From contig CAVQBA010000003.1 in the NCBI GenBank assembly GCA_963710605.1, forward strand, positions 1-50,705: 50,705 nucleotides of DNA. The letters run 5' to 3'. The notes beneath the pieces are model-generated. The model was not told the DNA's origin, ran no database searches, and saw nothing but the letters and a program-made list of their open reading frames with translations. Within the stretch, counting starts at the first letter, position 1, and the number at the start of each line of letters is the position of its first letter. Source of the DNA: an uncultured cyanobacterium. GTDB taxonomy: Bacteria; Cyanobacteriota; Cyanobacteriia; Cyanobacteriales; Cyanobacteriaceae. Of the stretch, positions 1 to 9,378 are shown in pieces. The position numbers and the translations under genes are program-made.

Positions 1-714
1 GAGCAGATTAATGATTGCTTAGGTAAATTATTTGACGTACAAACCTCCATTAGAAGAGATGAAAATAAAAGTAACCAAAAAAGTTTAGTTAATCAACAAA
101 CAGCAAAATTGTGGATTCTAACGCCAACTTTATCTGCCAAAATACTAGATTCATTTTCCGCCCAATCATCTCAGGATTGGATTAAAGGAGTCTATTTTTT
201 ACCCACAGCTTTAAAGACGGCAATAATTGTCATACATCAATTACCGAAAACAGAACAAACGTTATGGTTAAGGATATTAGGTAAAGGAAAAATACAGGAA
301 AATGCGATTGATGAATTAAAAACATTACCTGAAAATAACCCTTATCGAGATAACGTTTTAGAGTTGGTATCGAATTTGTTGACGATGTTAGAATTGAATC
401 GAAGTAAGAAGAAAAAGTTAACCTCAGAGGATGAACAATTAATTATGAAACTCTCACCAATATATAAGGCAAGATTAGAAGAAAGAGAGCAAATCGGATT
501 ACAAAAAGGTATTCAACAAGGAGTTGAGCGAGGTATTCAACAAGGGGAAGCAAGATTAATTGTTCGTTTGTTAAATCGAAAAATAGGCAATATTTCCTCT
601 GATGTGGAAAAGACAGTACTCAATTTATCTTTATCTGTTTTAGAAGATTTGGGTGAGGCTTTATTAGATTTTAATTCGATCGATGAGCTTAGAGAGTGGT
701 TAAATACTCATTGA
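1..714 (+). CDS. DUF4351-domain (Rpn/'flagellar assembly protein H'-like) protein, 5'-partial
   Basis: Frame is open from base 1, so it begins before the window. C-terminal GLQKGIQQGVERGIQQGE repeat followed by LEDLGEALLDFNSIDELREWL is typical of cyanobacterial DUF4351 proteins. Confidence 0.8.
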   Translation, partial: EQINDCLGKLFDVQTSIRRDENKSNQKSLVNQQTAKLWILTPTLSAKILDSFSAQSSQDWIKGVYFLPTALKTAIIVIHQLPKTEQTLWLRILGKGKIQENAIDELKTLPENNPYRDNVLELVSNLLTMLELNRSKKKKLTSEDEQLIMKLSPIYKARLEEREQIGLQKGIQQGVERGIQQGEARLIVRLLNRKIGNISSDVEKTVLNLSLSVLEDLGEALLDFNSIDELREWLNTH

Positions 715-790
715 TAACGATCGATTATCATAATCAAAAATTACCCTCAAAACTATCAATATACCCGATTAAAATACAATCGAGACGATC

Positions 791-1132
791 CTACTTCTTC
801 TCTGAAATTTCAACTTTACGACCATCAGGATCTTTTGCTATAAATAATTTTTGAGCATTACGGGTAAAAAGAGCTTTTTCAATCCAGCATTTATTTTTAA
901 ATGTTGAGAAAAGTAAATCTAGATTTTGAACTGTAAACCCTAAGCGACAATTATCAGGGTATTCAGTTTTGTCGATCGGGTAAAGTTCAAAAACAAAATT
1001 ATTATTTGTAGCAGCATAATGCCGAGGACTTTTGCAATGTTGCTCTTCATTAAATGAAAAGTTAAAATAACTATAAAATTCTTTTGAAGCTTCAATATTT
1101 TTACATCGTAAAACTAATAAATTAAGTGACAT
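791..1132 (-). CDS. VOC/glyoxalase-bleomycin resistance family protein
   Basis: LNLLVLRC..IEAS.EFY at the N-terminus, FELYP, and C-terminal KDPDGRKVEI. Confidence 0.8.
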   Translation of the reverse strand: MSLNLLVLRCKNIEASKEFYSYFNFSFNEEQHCKSPRHYAATNNNFVFELYPIDKTEYPDNCRLGFTVQNLDLLFSTFKNKCWIEKALFTRNAQKLFIAKDPDGRKVEISEKK

Positions 1133-1389
1133 TCTATTTTTACTTTATAACTTGTAATTACACAAAAAGTCTTTTTTTTACCTATTATTATCTCCAGATT
1201 GACTAAAATCTATTCAGTTTTTCTGTTAGTAATTATAATACTTAGATCGTACAACACCAATTAAAGGCTAATTGATTGTGAGAACATAATCACAATCTGG
1301 CGTTAGGTTTTGTTTGTATGTTGTGTATTTTACAAATACCACTAATGCCTTCATGACTCAATCGCTCCCTACAATATCTAAGATCGTAC

Positions 1390-1674
1390 TTACAAATCAA
1401 GTTCACCAAGCAACATACAATCATTTTCTTTGACAAATTCAGATGTCAGGGAAATATCATCCAAAGTTGATATAGATCTATGACCTAAAGGATGTCTTCG
1501 ATCGGCAATCCATTCTCCACTGGTTTCAATAGTTGTTTCAAACACTCCATTAATTAATAAATTTAACTTATATTTTTTCCTCAGTAATTGTTTTGTTCCT
1601 ATTACTGGACCTACAAAAATAACAAATCCTGACGATAAATAAAATATATCCAAAATTTTCATTTGAAAGTTCAT
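1390..1674 (-). CDS. Hypothetical protein, 94 aa (orphan, possibly immunity-like)
   Basis: ATG start preceded by an AGAGG Shine-Dalgarno-like site; no recognisable family. Confidence 0.6.
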   Translation of the reverse strand: MNFQMKILDIFYLSSGFVIFVGPVIGTKQLLRKKYKLNLLINGVFETTIETSGEWIADRRHPLGHRSISTLDDISLTSEFVKENDCMLLGELDL

Positions 1675-1845
1675 TTTTGGTTACCTCTTATAATTAACTA
1701 ACTCAATTATTTTCTTTTTTGATAACTTTCTTTCACAATTTTTAATTAGGTTACACTTTCAGCGATCGTAAATATAACGAGTTACTTTTTTTAAGAGATC
1801 GATCGTCTTAACTAAATTAACGATAGATACGATCGATTTGTATGT

Positions 1846-2002
1846 ATATATACAGTGAGAGCGTCTCGCTCTCTAGATTATTTCTCTTAACAAACAAGCA
1901 CTCGAGCGAACAAGATGTTTGTACACACAGCGAACAAGATGTTCGCAATCCAACGATCGAACGAAATATAAGGTTAACAAACTGTGTGTATATATATATA
2001 TA
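1846..2002. repeat. REP-like palindromic element with internal duplication
   Basis: GAGAGCGTCTCGCTCTC hairpin, two copies of AGCGAACAAGATGTT, and TA-rich ends. Confidence 0.5.
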
Positions 2003-2088
2003 CGTATTTCGATCGAAGTTAGTGTAATCTAAAACAATAGATTAAGATAAAAATTAATTATTAGTTATTAATTATTAATTATTGAAGT

Positions 2089-4011
2089 ATGGCAAAGACA
2101 CAAACCGCTAGTTATGGTAGTTGGAAATCTCCTATCAGTTCAGAGTTAATTGTTTCCGCTACTATTGGTGTTAGTAGTCCCAAATTTGACAGAGAAAATA
2201 TATATTGGTTAGAAAGTCGTCCTTCTGAAGGTGGTCGATCGACTATAGTAAAACAAGACAGTGATGGTAAAACTGAGGATATGATTCCTCAACCTTTCAA
2301 TGTTCGTACTCGCGTACACGAATATGGTGGCGGTGCATTTATTATCAACGAAGGAATTATCTATTTCAGTAATTTTAAAGACCAACGAGTATATAAGCAA
2401 GAAGAAGGTGCGTCACCTCAACCTTTAACTGCCGAATCTAAATTACGTTACGCCGATTATTGTCTAGATAAAAATAACGATCGTCTGATTTGTGTAGCTG
2501 AAGATCATAGTAATCCTAACACCGAACCTGAAAATAAATTAGTCTCGATCGATTTGACTACAGGAAATATCAATACACTTATTAGTGGCGATAGTTTTTA
2601 TACTTCCCCTTGTCTTTCCCCTGATGGCAGTAAACTCGCATGGCTATCGTGGAATCATCCTTATATGCCTTGGGATAGTACTTTATTATCTTTAGCCGAT
2701 CTTAATGATGATGGTAGTTTAGGTCATATTAAACAAATTGCAGGTAGCGAAAACGAGTCGGTTTGTCAGCCTTATTTTAATAGTGATGGTACTTTATATT
2801 TTAGTAGCGATCGATCTAATTGGTGGAATTTATATTATCAAAATGAGCAAGGTGAGATTAAAAATGTCTATAAATTAGATGCAGAGTTTGGTTATCCTCA
2901 TTGGGTATTTGGCGAGACAATTTATGGTTTTGCCGACGAAAAAACGATCGTTACTACCTATACTCAAAATGGTACTTGGAAATTAGCCTCGATCGATCTG
3001 GAAACGCAAACTTTAACTGATTATGATATTCCCTTCACCAATCTGGCTTATCTACAAGTAAAGGATAAAGATATTTTATTTACAGGAGGCTCACCTACAC
3101 AACCTACTGCTATCGTTAAAATGAATATCGTTACAGGCGAACATCAAATTTTGCGACAAAGTAGTAACTTAAAAATAGACGAAGGATACCTGACTCAACC
3201 GCAACCTATTGCTTTCCCTACCAGTAACGGTAAAACTGCCTATGCTTGGTATTATCCCCCTCAGAATAAAGACTTTGAAGCCGAGGAAGGAGAATTACCG
3301 CCATTATTTGTTAAAAGTCATGGTGGACCAACTGCAATGACTACTGCTAGTTATAATTTGAGGATACAATACTGGACTAGTCGTGGTTTTGCTTTTGTTG
3401 ATGTTAATTATGGTGGAAGCACTGGGTATGGTAGAGAATATCGTCAACGACTTTATGGTAATTGGGGGATTGTGGATGTGGAAGACTGTATCAATGTAGC
3501 TGAGTATTTAGCTAAAGAAGGAAAAGTCGATCGAAATAAGTTAGCGATTTCTGGTGGTAGTGCGGGAGGATATACAACTCTGGCTTCTCTGACTTTTCAC
3601 GATACATTCAAGGCAGGGGCAAGTTATTATGGTGTCAGCGATTTAACCGCCCTTGCCACTGATACCCATAAATTTGAGGCTCGTTATTTAGATCAATTAA
3701 TTGGTAAATATCCTGAAGATAAAGCTATTTATGAAGATCGATCGCCTATTAATCATATCGATAAATTATCATGTCCTGTCATCTTTTTACAAGGATTAGA
3801 AGATAAAGTTGTCCCACCCAATCAAGCCGAATTAATGTTTAATGCACTAAAGGGTAAAGGTGTCAATACTTATTATGTAACTTTTCCTGACGAGCAACAT
3901 GGTTTTAGAAAAGCTGAAAATATTAAAAAAGCGATCGATAGTGAGTTTTATTTTTATTCCCTTGTTTTCGGTTATCAGGTTGCCGATGATATTCAACCCT
4001 TAGAAAGTTAG
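2089..4011 (+). CDS. S9 family peptidase (prolyl oligopeptidase/acylaminoacyl peptidase-like)
   Basis: YGSWKSPIS N-terminus, HGGP, catalytic GGSAGG, EDKVVP and EQHGF motifs. Confidence 0.93.
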   Translation: MAKTQTASYGSWKSPISSELIVSATIGVSSPKFDRENIYWLESRPSEGGRSTIVKQDSDGKTEDMIPQPFNVRTRVHEYGGGAFIINEGIIYFSNFKDQRVYKQEEGASPQPLTAESKLRYADYCLDKNNDRLICVAEDHSNPNTEPENKLVSIDLTTGNINTLISGDSFYTSPCLSPDGSKLAWLSWNHPYMPWDSTLLSLADLNDDGSLGHIKQIAGSENESVCQPYFNSDGTLYFSSDRSNWWNLYYQNEQGEIKNVYKLDAEFGYPHWVFGETIYGFADEKTIVTTYTQNGTWKLASIDLETQTLTDYDIPFTNLAYLQVKDKDILFTGGSPTQPTAIVKMNIVTGEHQILRQSSNLKIDEGYLTQPQPIAFPTSNGKTAYAWYYPPQNKDFEAEEGELPPLFVKSHGGPTAMTTASYNLRIQYWTSRGFAFVDVNYGGSTGYGREYRQRLYGNWGIVDVEDCINVAEYLAKEGKVDRNKLAISGGSAGGYTTLASLTFHDTFKAGASYYGVSDLTALATDTHKFEARYLDQLIGKYPEDKAIYEDRSPINHIDKLSCPVIFLQGLEDKVVPPNQAELMFNALKGKGVNTYYVTFPDEQHGFRKAENIKKAIDSEFYFYSLVFGYQVADDIQPLES

Positions 4012-4019
4012 TTAATAGT

Positions 4020-4176
4020 TATAGCAATTACCATTCTTTTGAGTACAGTTTTTTTGATTTGTAAGTCCCCAAAGAATAAAAGCGAAGCATCCTTACATTT
4101 CCCCCTTACGAAGGGGGCAAGGGGGATGGGGATTTAGGGGGATTGAATGTATCTCATAATTGTGGAAAAACCTATA
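4020..4176. mobile_element. MITE-like element (TATAG... terminal inverted repeats, internal CCCCCTT/AAGGGGG hairpin)
   Basis: Imperfect TIRs of about 29 nt (TATAGCAATTACC..GAGTACA / TGTATCTC..CCTATA); related copies at 43275 and 46095. Confidence 0.6.
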
Positions 4177-4224
4177 AATAGTTTATTTTTAAATATTCAT
4201 TCTCGCACTGAACAATTATTATTT

Positions 4225-5208
4225 ATGGTTACTAATACTAATCAAATTACAACGGAAAATTTTTCTAACTCAACAGAAGTAGTAGTTGATATTTATCAAT
4301 TAAACAAAATCTATCAAACAGGTTTTTTCATGAATAAAAAAGTAAAATCTTTGCAAGATTGTAGTTTGCAAATATATCGAGGTGAAACCTTTGGTTTATT
4401 AGGACCAAATGGAGCAGGAAAAACTACTTTAATCAAAATTTTATTAGGTATTATTCGTCCTACATCAGGTAAAATTTCGGTATTAGGTAAATCTGTAGGA
4501 GACCAAAAAGTAAAACAAAAACTAGGTTATTTACCTGAAAATGCTTATTATTATGACTTTTTAACTGCATGGGAATTTTTAAATTTTATCGGTGATTTAT
4601 TTAAGATTCCTTCTAAACAAAAAAAACAGAAAATATTATATTTATTAGACTTGGTAGGATTAGCAGTTAAAACAGCTAAAAAGAAGCAATTAAGACAATA
4701 TTCTAAAGGGATGGTTCAAAGAGTTGGTATGGCACAGGCTTTGATCAACGATCCCGATATTATTTTTTTAGATGAACCAATGTCAGGTTTAGATCCTTTA
4801 GGACGTTATCAAATTAGAGAAATTATTTTGTCTTTGAAACAACAAGGTAAAACGATTTTTTTTAATTCTCATGTTTTGTCTGATGTCGAAAAAATTTGCG
4901 ATCGAATTGCTATTTTAGCTAGAGGAGAGTTACTTAATGTTGGTTCTTTAGACCAAGTTTTGGGTACTAGTAAAAGTTATCATGTTGTTGTTCATAATGC
5001 CGAAGGAATTGATTTCGATCGATGGTTAAATAACTATCATCGAGAAAATCATATTGTGACAGGAGAATTAAAAGTTAATCCGCAAGAATTTTTAGCTTAT
5101 TTAGCAACAACACCAGCACAATTGATTAGTATTAATCTTAATCGTGATTCTTTAGAAGAATATTTCCTTGCACAGTTACGACAACGAGATATTACTTTTA
5201 GTCAATAA
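4225..5208 (+). CDS. ABC transporter ATP-binding protein
   Basis: Walker A GPNGAGKTT, signature YSKGM, Walker B IIFLDEP, H-loop NSH. ATG 4225 is preferred because the 4147 start lies inside the MITE. Confidence 0.92.
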   Translation: MVTNTNQITTENFSNSTEVVVDIYQLNKIYQTGFFMNKKVKSLQDCSLQIYRGETFGLLGPNGAGKTTLIKILLGIIRPTSGKISVLGKSVGDQKVKQKLGYLPENAYYYDFLTAWEFLNFIGDLFKIPSKQKKQKILYLLDLVGLAVKTAKKKQLRQYSKGMVQRVGMAQALINDPDIIFLDEPMSGLDPLGRYQIREIILSLKQQGKTIFFNSHVLSDVEKICDRIAILARGELLNVGSLDQVLGTSKSYHVVVHNAEGIDFDRWLNNYHRENHIVTGELKVNPQEFLAYLATTPAQLISINLNRDSLEEYFLAQLRQRDITFSQ

Positions 5209-5264
5209 ATAATAAATTAAACGGTAAAATTATAAGTTATATTATTTGTTAATTTCAAATATTA

Positions 5265-5576
5265 ATGGATGAAATAACTTCTTTTTTGATAAACTTTTCT
5301 ATAGAGAAAAATCTTTGGGAAATCTCAAAGAATCGTGGTTATCAATGCCTTAAAATTAGCTCAGTTGAAAATCCAAATGAGTTTTCGAGTTTTTCACCTG
5401 ATGATTTTGTTTTTAAAAAAGCTTCTCAAAAATTTATCTTTTTTTAGTCTATGAGACTTGTTCCGTTTATCAGGACAACTTTAGATCTTTATGTAAATGA
5501 GGATCAAATAGGATATTATTGTTTGGATGTAAATGAAAAAGGGGAAGTTATAGATGATTGGCTTGTTTTTTACTAA
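5265..5576 (+). pseudogene. Hypothetical 103-codon gene interrupted by an in-frame TAG
   Basis: After TAG 5445-5447 the same frame continues SMRLVPFIRTTLDLYVNEDQIGYYCLDVNEKGEVIDDWLVFY to TAA 5574-5576. Confidence 0.6.
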
Positions 5577-5580
5577 ACTA

Positions 5581-5751
5581 AGTAGTAGGGAACGGTTAAG
5601 CCTCAAAAAATTTAATATATAGACGATACATTAAAAAAGCGAAACCCAACAGGCAACATTAGAGATACAATTTACTCAATGATGGGTTACGGTACTCGTT
5701 ATTGACTTTCTTTATTAAACTTTGTCATGAATAGAGCTATTACCCATCCTA
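5581..5751. repeat. GTAG-type REP doublet (REPIN-like)
   Basis: Left unit GTAGG...GAAACCCAAC (5581-5650) and inverted right unit GATGGGTTAC...TACCCATCCTA (5681-5751). The left unit recurs at 6418. Confidence 0.65.
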
Positions 5752-5772
5752 AAACTATAAATTAGGTAGTAT

Positions 5773-6406
5773 ATGAAGATTCAAGATGAAATTAAATCGC
5801 TCAAATCTCGCTTAGAAGAACTGAGATCGATCGATAAAAATTTGAATATATTCGGTACTTCTGAGCATAAGTACTTCTTAAACGATCCTGTTAGTGAATC
5901 AACTGTTTCAGCATTTGAAAGGAGATTTGATATTACTCTCCCAGAGGATTACAGAAATTTCTTGCTCTTGGTTGGTAATGGTGGTGCTGGTCCGATACTA
6001 CGGATTAGAAACCCTTGAAGATAGTCTATACGAGGATCTTGACTATAAAAAAGATAACGAATATATGAACCCTGCAATTCCCTTTCCCATAACTGAACCT
6101 TGGAACATGAAGTTCAACGGTAATTATCTAGATGAAGAAGCCTATGAATCCTTTGAGGATGAGTATTTTGATGAGAAATGGATAACCGGTCTTTTAAGGA
6201 TTTGTAACTTTGGCTGTGGTGTATTTATTGACGTAGTAGTAAATGGTAAGGAATACGGTCACATTTGGGTCGATGCGAGAGCAAGTGATGGAGGTATTTA
6301 TCCCTATACCACTTTAGAAAAAACAAATAAAACTTCATTTTTAGAGTGGTATAATTTTTGGCTAGACAAATCCTTTAACGAGCTTAAAAAGGGTAAATTT
6401 ATCTAA
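5773..6406 (+). pseudogene. SMI1/KNR4 (SUKH) family immunity protein, frameshifted
   Basis: FERRFDITLPEDYRNFLLLVGNGGAGP joins YYGL...ICNFGCG...GHIWVD...SFLEWYNFWLD if the extra A at 5995 (GGT CCG A TAC TAC GGA) is removed. Confidence 0.85.
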
Positions 6407-6417
6407 TAAGCCAACTT

Positions 6418-6486
6418 AGTAGTAGGTTGGGTTGAGCCTCGAAAAATTTAATCGATAGGCGACACATTAACAAAGTTAAACCCAAC
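6418..6486. repeat. GTAG-type REP unit, second copy of 5581-5650
   Basis: AGTAGTAGGTTGGGTTGAGCCTCGAAAAATTTAATCGATAGGCGACACATTAACAAAGTTAAACCCAAC aligns with 5581-5650 at roughly 80% identity by eye. Confidence 0.75.
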
Positions 6487-6604
6487 AACCAAGATTAAAA
6501 GTGGTCAGTACGATCGAATATCACAGATAAAAACACCGTTAATACAACTCAATTTTGTGTCTAATTTGTGCTACAATAAATTGAAAAATTCGTTTGAAAA
6601 AATC

Positions 6605-6862
6605 ATGGCTAAAGACGCTGTAATTAGAGCTAGAACAGATTCCACTTTAAAAAAAGAAGTAGAAAACATTTTAGCGAAAATTGGTTTAACACCTAGTCAA
6701 GCAGTAAACATTTTTTACTCACAAATTGCATTACATCAAGGTTTACCTTTTGAAGTCAAAATACCAAATCAAACAACAATTCAAGCAATAGAAGAAACTC
6801 AAAAAGGCGAAGGACAAAAATTTGATTCGATCGACGATCTTTTCAATGATTTAAATGATTAG
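6605..6862 (+). CDS. dinJ: Type II antitoxin, RelB/DinJ family
   Basis: IRARTDSTLKKEVE.IL.KIGLTPSQAV.IF..QI....GLPFEVKIPN; extended -10 TGCTACAAT at 6569-6577; directly upstream of the toxin. Confidence 0.88.
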   Translation: MAKDAVIRARTDSTLKKEVENILAKIGLTPSQAVNIFYSQIALHQGLPFEVKIPNQTTIQAIEETQKGEGQKFDSIDDLFNDLND

Positions 6863-6867
6863 AATCA

Positions 6868-7134
6868 ATGCTCAAAATCCATCGCACATCACAATTTAAA
6901 AAGGATTATAAAAAAGCGATAAAATCGAGTAAGCCCATAAATTTATTAGTTCAAATTATTGAAAAACTTGCTAATAAAGAAACATTATCTGAAAAATATA
7001 GAGACCATAATTTATCAGGTAATTATACTAATTTTCGAGAATGCCATATTCAACCCGATTGGCTTTTGATTTATAAGTACAATCGAGAAACCCTTTATTT
7101 AACCAGATTAGGTAGTCATTCCGATTTATTTTAA
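6868..7134 (+). CDS. yafQ: Type II toxin, YafQ family mRNA interferase
   Basis: TSQFKKDYKK, YRDHNLSG, RECHIQPDWLLIY, RLGSHSDLF. Confidence 0.93.
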   Translation: MLKIHRTSQFKKDYKKAIKSSKPINLLVQIIEKLANKETLSEKYRDHNLSGNYTNFRECHIQPDWLLIYKYNRETLYLTRLGSHSDLF

Positions 7135-7308
7135 ATAACAATTTAATAGTTTTAAGAAAAGAAAGTTCGAGTTTAATTTATTAAACGGATTTTGTTAGCC
7201 TTGTAATGATAATTCAAGGCGGTGTATAGGCTCACATTTTTACTATTATTAATTCCTCGATCGTGTTAAGTTGTAAATTTGTCGAATAAATTAAATAATT
7301 ATAAATCA

Positions 7309-8523
7309 ATGACAAGTGACAATTTTAGCTGGTTGCATCGAGGAGTAAGTGAAATATTTCCTTCGCAATCAGACTCAGAAGAAAAAAGCGAAAATATAGA
7401 ACAACTAATCAGTCAAATCGATCGACCTTTAAGGGTAAAATTAGGTATAGACCCTACAGGTACAGATTTACACTTAGGACATAGTATCCCTTTTCGTAAA
7501 TTAAGAGCATTTCAAGACCAAGGACATACTGCGGTAGTTATTATTGGTGATTTTACCGCACAAATAGGCGATCCAACAGGAAAAGATACTGCCCGAAAAC
7601 AACTTACCCCCGCACAAGTTAAAGCTAATGCCGAAACTTATTTAGAGCAATTACGCCCGATACTTGATTTTGATACTCCCGATCGTTTAGAAATACGCTA
7701 TAATTCCGAATGGTTAAGCAAACTCGATTTAGCACAGATACAAGAGTTGTTAGCCACAATGACGGTACAACAGATGTTGGCTAAAGAAGGGTTTAATAAT
7801 CGCTATACCCAGCAAACTCCTATTTATCTACATGAATTTTTGTACCCTTTAATGCAAGGTTATGATTCGGTAGCCGTTGAAGCTGATGTCGAATTAGGCG
7901 GCACAGATCAAAAATTCAATATTGCAGTAGGAAGAGATTTACAAAAATACTTTAATCAAAAGCCACAATTTGGTCTTTTACTACCTATATTAATTGGTAC
8001 TGACGGACAACAAAAAATGTCTAAGTCTCTCGATAATTATGTCGGTTTAAAAGAAGATGCTTTATCGATGTATTCTAAGTTAGAAAAAACTCCCGATTCG
8101 CTTTTAAAAGACTATTTTGAATTACTAACCAACATCCCTTTAACCGATATTCCTGAAAACCCTCGTGAAGCCCAGAAGTTTTTGGCGGTGGAAATCATTT
8201 CTCAATACTATGGCAAGGAAAATGCTTTAACTGCTCAAAAAACAGCGTTAGATATTGTCAGTAAGCAAAATACGGCTAATACTGAAGCTGTACCCGAATT
8301 TTCTCTTGCGGAGGTTGAATTTCCTGCAAAGTTATTTTATATCCTCAATGCTAGTGGCTTAGTAAAAAGTAGTGGCGAAGGTAGAAGACAGATTCAAGGC
8401 GGTAGTGTTCGTCTTGATGGCAATCGTATTACTGACGCTAATTTAGTAATCGAAAACCCAGAACAATTGACTGACAAAATTTTACAAATGGGTAAGAAAA
8501 AATTTGTTCGTTTAGTAGATTAA
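7309..8523 (+). CDS. tyrS: Tyrosine--tRNA ligase
   Basis: GIDPTG.DLHLGH (HIGH motif), [18 protein letters not shown], and a C-terminal S4 domain. Confidence 0.97.
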   Translation: MTSDNFSWLHRGVSEIFPSQSDSEEKSENIEQLISQIDRPLRVKLGIDPTGTDLHLGHSIPFRKLRAFQDQGHTAVVIIGDFTAQIGDPTGKDTARKQLTPAQVKANAETYLEQLRPILDFDTPDRLEIRYNSEWLSKLDLAQIQELLATMTVQQMLAKEGFNNRYTQQTPIYLHEFLYPLMQGYDSVAVEADVELGGTDQKFNIAVGRDLQKYFNQKPQFGLLLPILIGTDGQQKMSKSLDNYVGLKEDALSMYSKLEKTPDSLLKDYFELLTNIPLTDIPENPREAQKFLAVEIISQYYGKENALTAQKTALDIVSKQNTANTEAVPEFSLAEVEFPAKLFYILNASGLVKSSGEGRRQIQGGSVRLDGNRITDANLVIENPEQLTDKILQMGKKKFVRLVD

Positions 8524-8627
8524 GTGACTATTTTTATTGATTTTAGCTAATTGTTAAAATAGGTAAATATTTTACTCAAAACTATTGTTATTTACTGGTA
8601 TTTATGTTATTATATTATTAGATACAA

Positions 8628-8687
8628 TACAAGTCACCTTTTTTCAATCCGTAGCGATTGGGGAGGGGTGGCTTGTGTGTTTTTTTA
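8628..8687 (+). terminator. Long G.U-rich hairpin plus U-tract (terminator or small RNA)
   Basis: TACAAGTCACCTTTTTTCAATC / GATTGGGGAGGGGTGGCTTGTG followed by a T run. Confidence 0.6.
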
Positions 8688-8817
8688 TAGATTGATTACT
8701 CATTTGAAGAGGCGGAAGAGTGAGAAGTTAGTTTCGACAAAACGTCTGTACAGAAGTAATAAGTAATTATTGAACTTTGCTTGCTATATTTAGAAATAAT
8801 GAGAATGAAAGAAGAAG

Positions 8818-9375
8818 ATGAGTTTAACATTACCTCGCAAGAAATTTAACCTAGAAGAATATTATCAAATAATGAATGCAGGTGTCTTGGCAGAAGATAC
8901 CTCGACAGAATTAATTAGAGGAGAAATATTTGAGATGTCACCGATTGGATTTAGACAGGCATCTTGTGTCAATAAATTAAATAGAATTTTCAGTCGAGAA
9001 TTAGGTAATTATGGTATAGTAAGTGTTCAAAATCCGATCGAACTAAGTAATAACTCTCAACCACAACCAGATTTAGTTTTATTAAAACCAAGAGATGATT
9101 TTTACTCTACTCGTCATCCTCTGCCTGACGATATTTTGTTACTAATCGAGGTAGCTGATAGCAGTATAGAATACAATCGTAGTTTGAAACTACCTCTTTA
9201 TGCTGAAAGTAAAATTTCTCTTGTATGGCTGATTGACTTAAATCAGAATTATTTAGAAGTTTATAGTCATCCTCAAGAAAATTACTATCAAAATAGGCAA
9301 AAACTATCGGTAAATAATACCGTTACTTTAATTAATCCTTGTGAGATTGAAATTCCTTTAAATCAATTATTTTAG
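8818..9375 (+). CDS. Uma2 family (DUF820) PD-(D/E)xK protein
   Basis: ELIRGEIFEMSPIG, PQPDLVLL, LLIEVADSS, KLPLYA..I..VWLIDL. Confidence 0.9.
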   Translation: MSLTLPRKKFNLEEYYQIMNAGVLAEDTSTELIRGEIFEMSPIGFRQASCVNKLNRIFSRELGNYGIVSVQNPIELSNNSQPQPDLVLLKPRDDFYSTRHPLPDDILLLIEVADSSIEYNRSLKLPLYAESKISLVWLIDLNQNYLEVYSHPQENYYQNRQKLSVNNTVTLINPCEIEIPLNQLF

Positions 9376-9378
9376 TTT

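Noticed and set aside
1842-2027. 61-aa ORF
   Set aside because: It lies across a REP-like element and TA repeats, with no protein features.
5581-6486. The two 70-nt repeats as a CRISPR array or true integron attC sites
   Set aside because: Only two copies, separated by a gene; no cas or intI gene; no RYYYAAC/GTTRRRY core pair recognised. The GTAG-REP form fits better.
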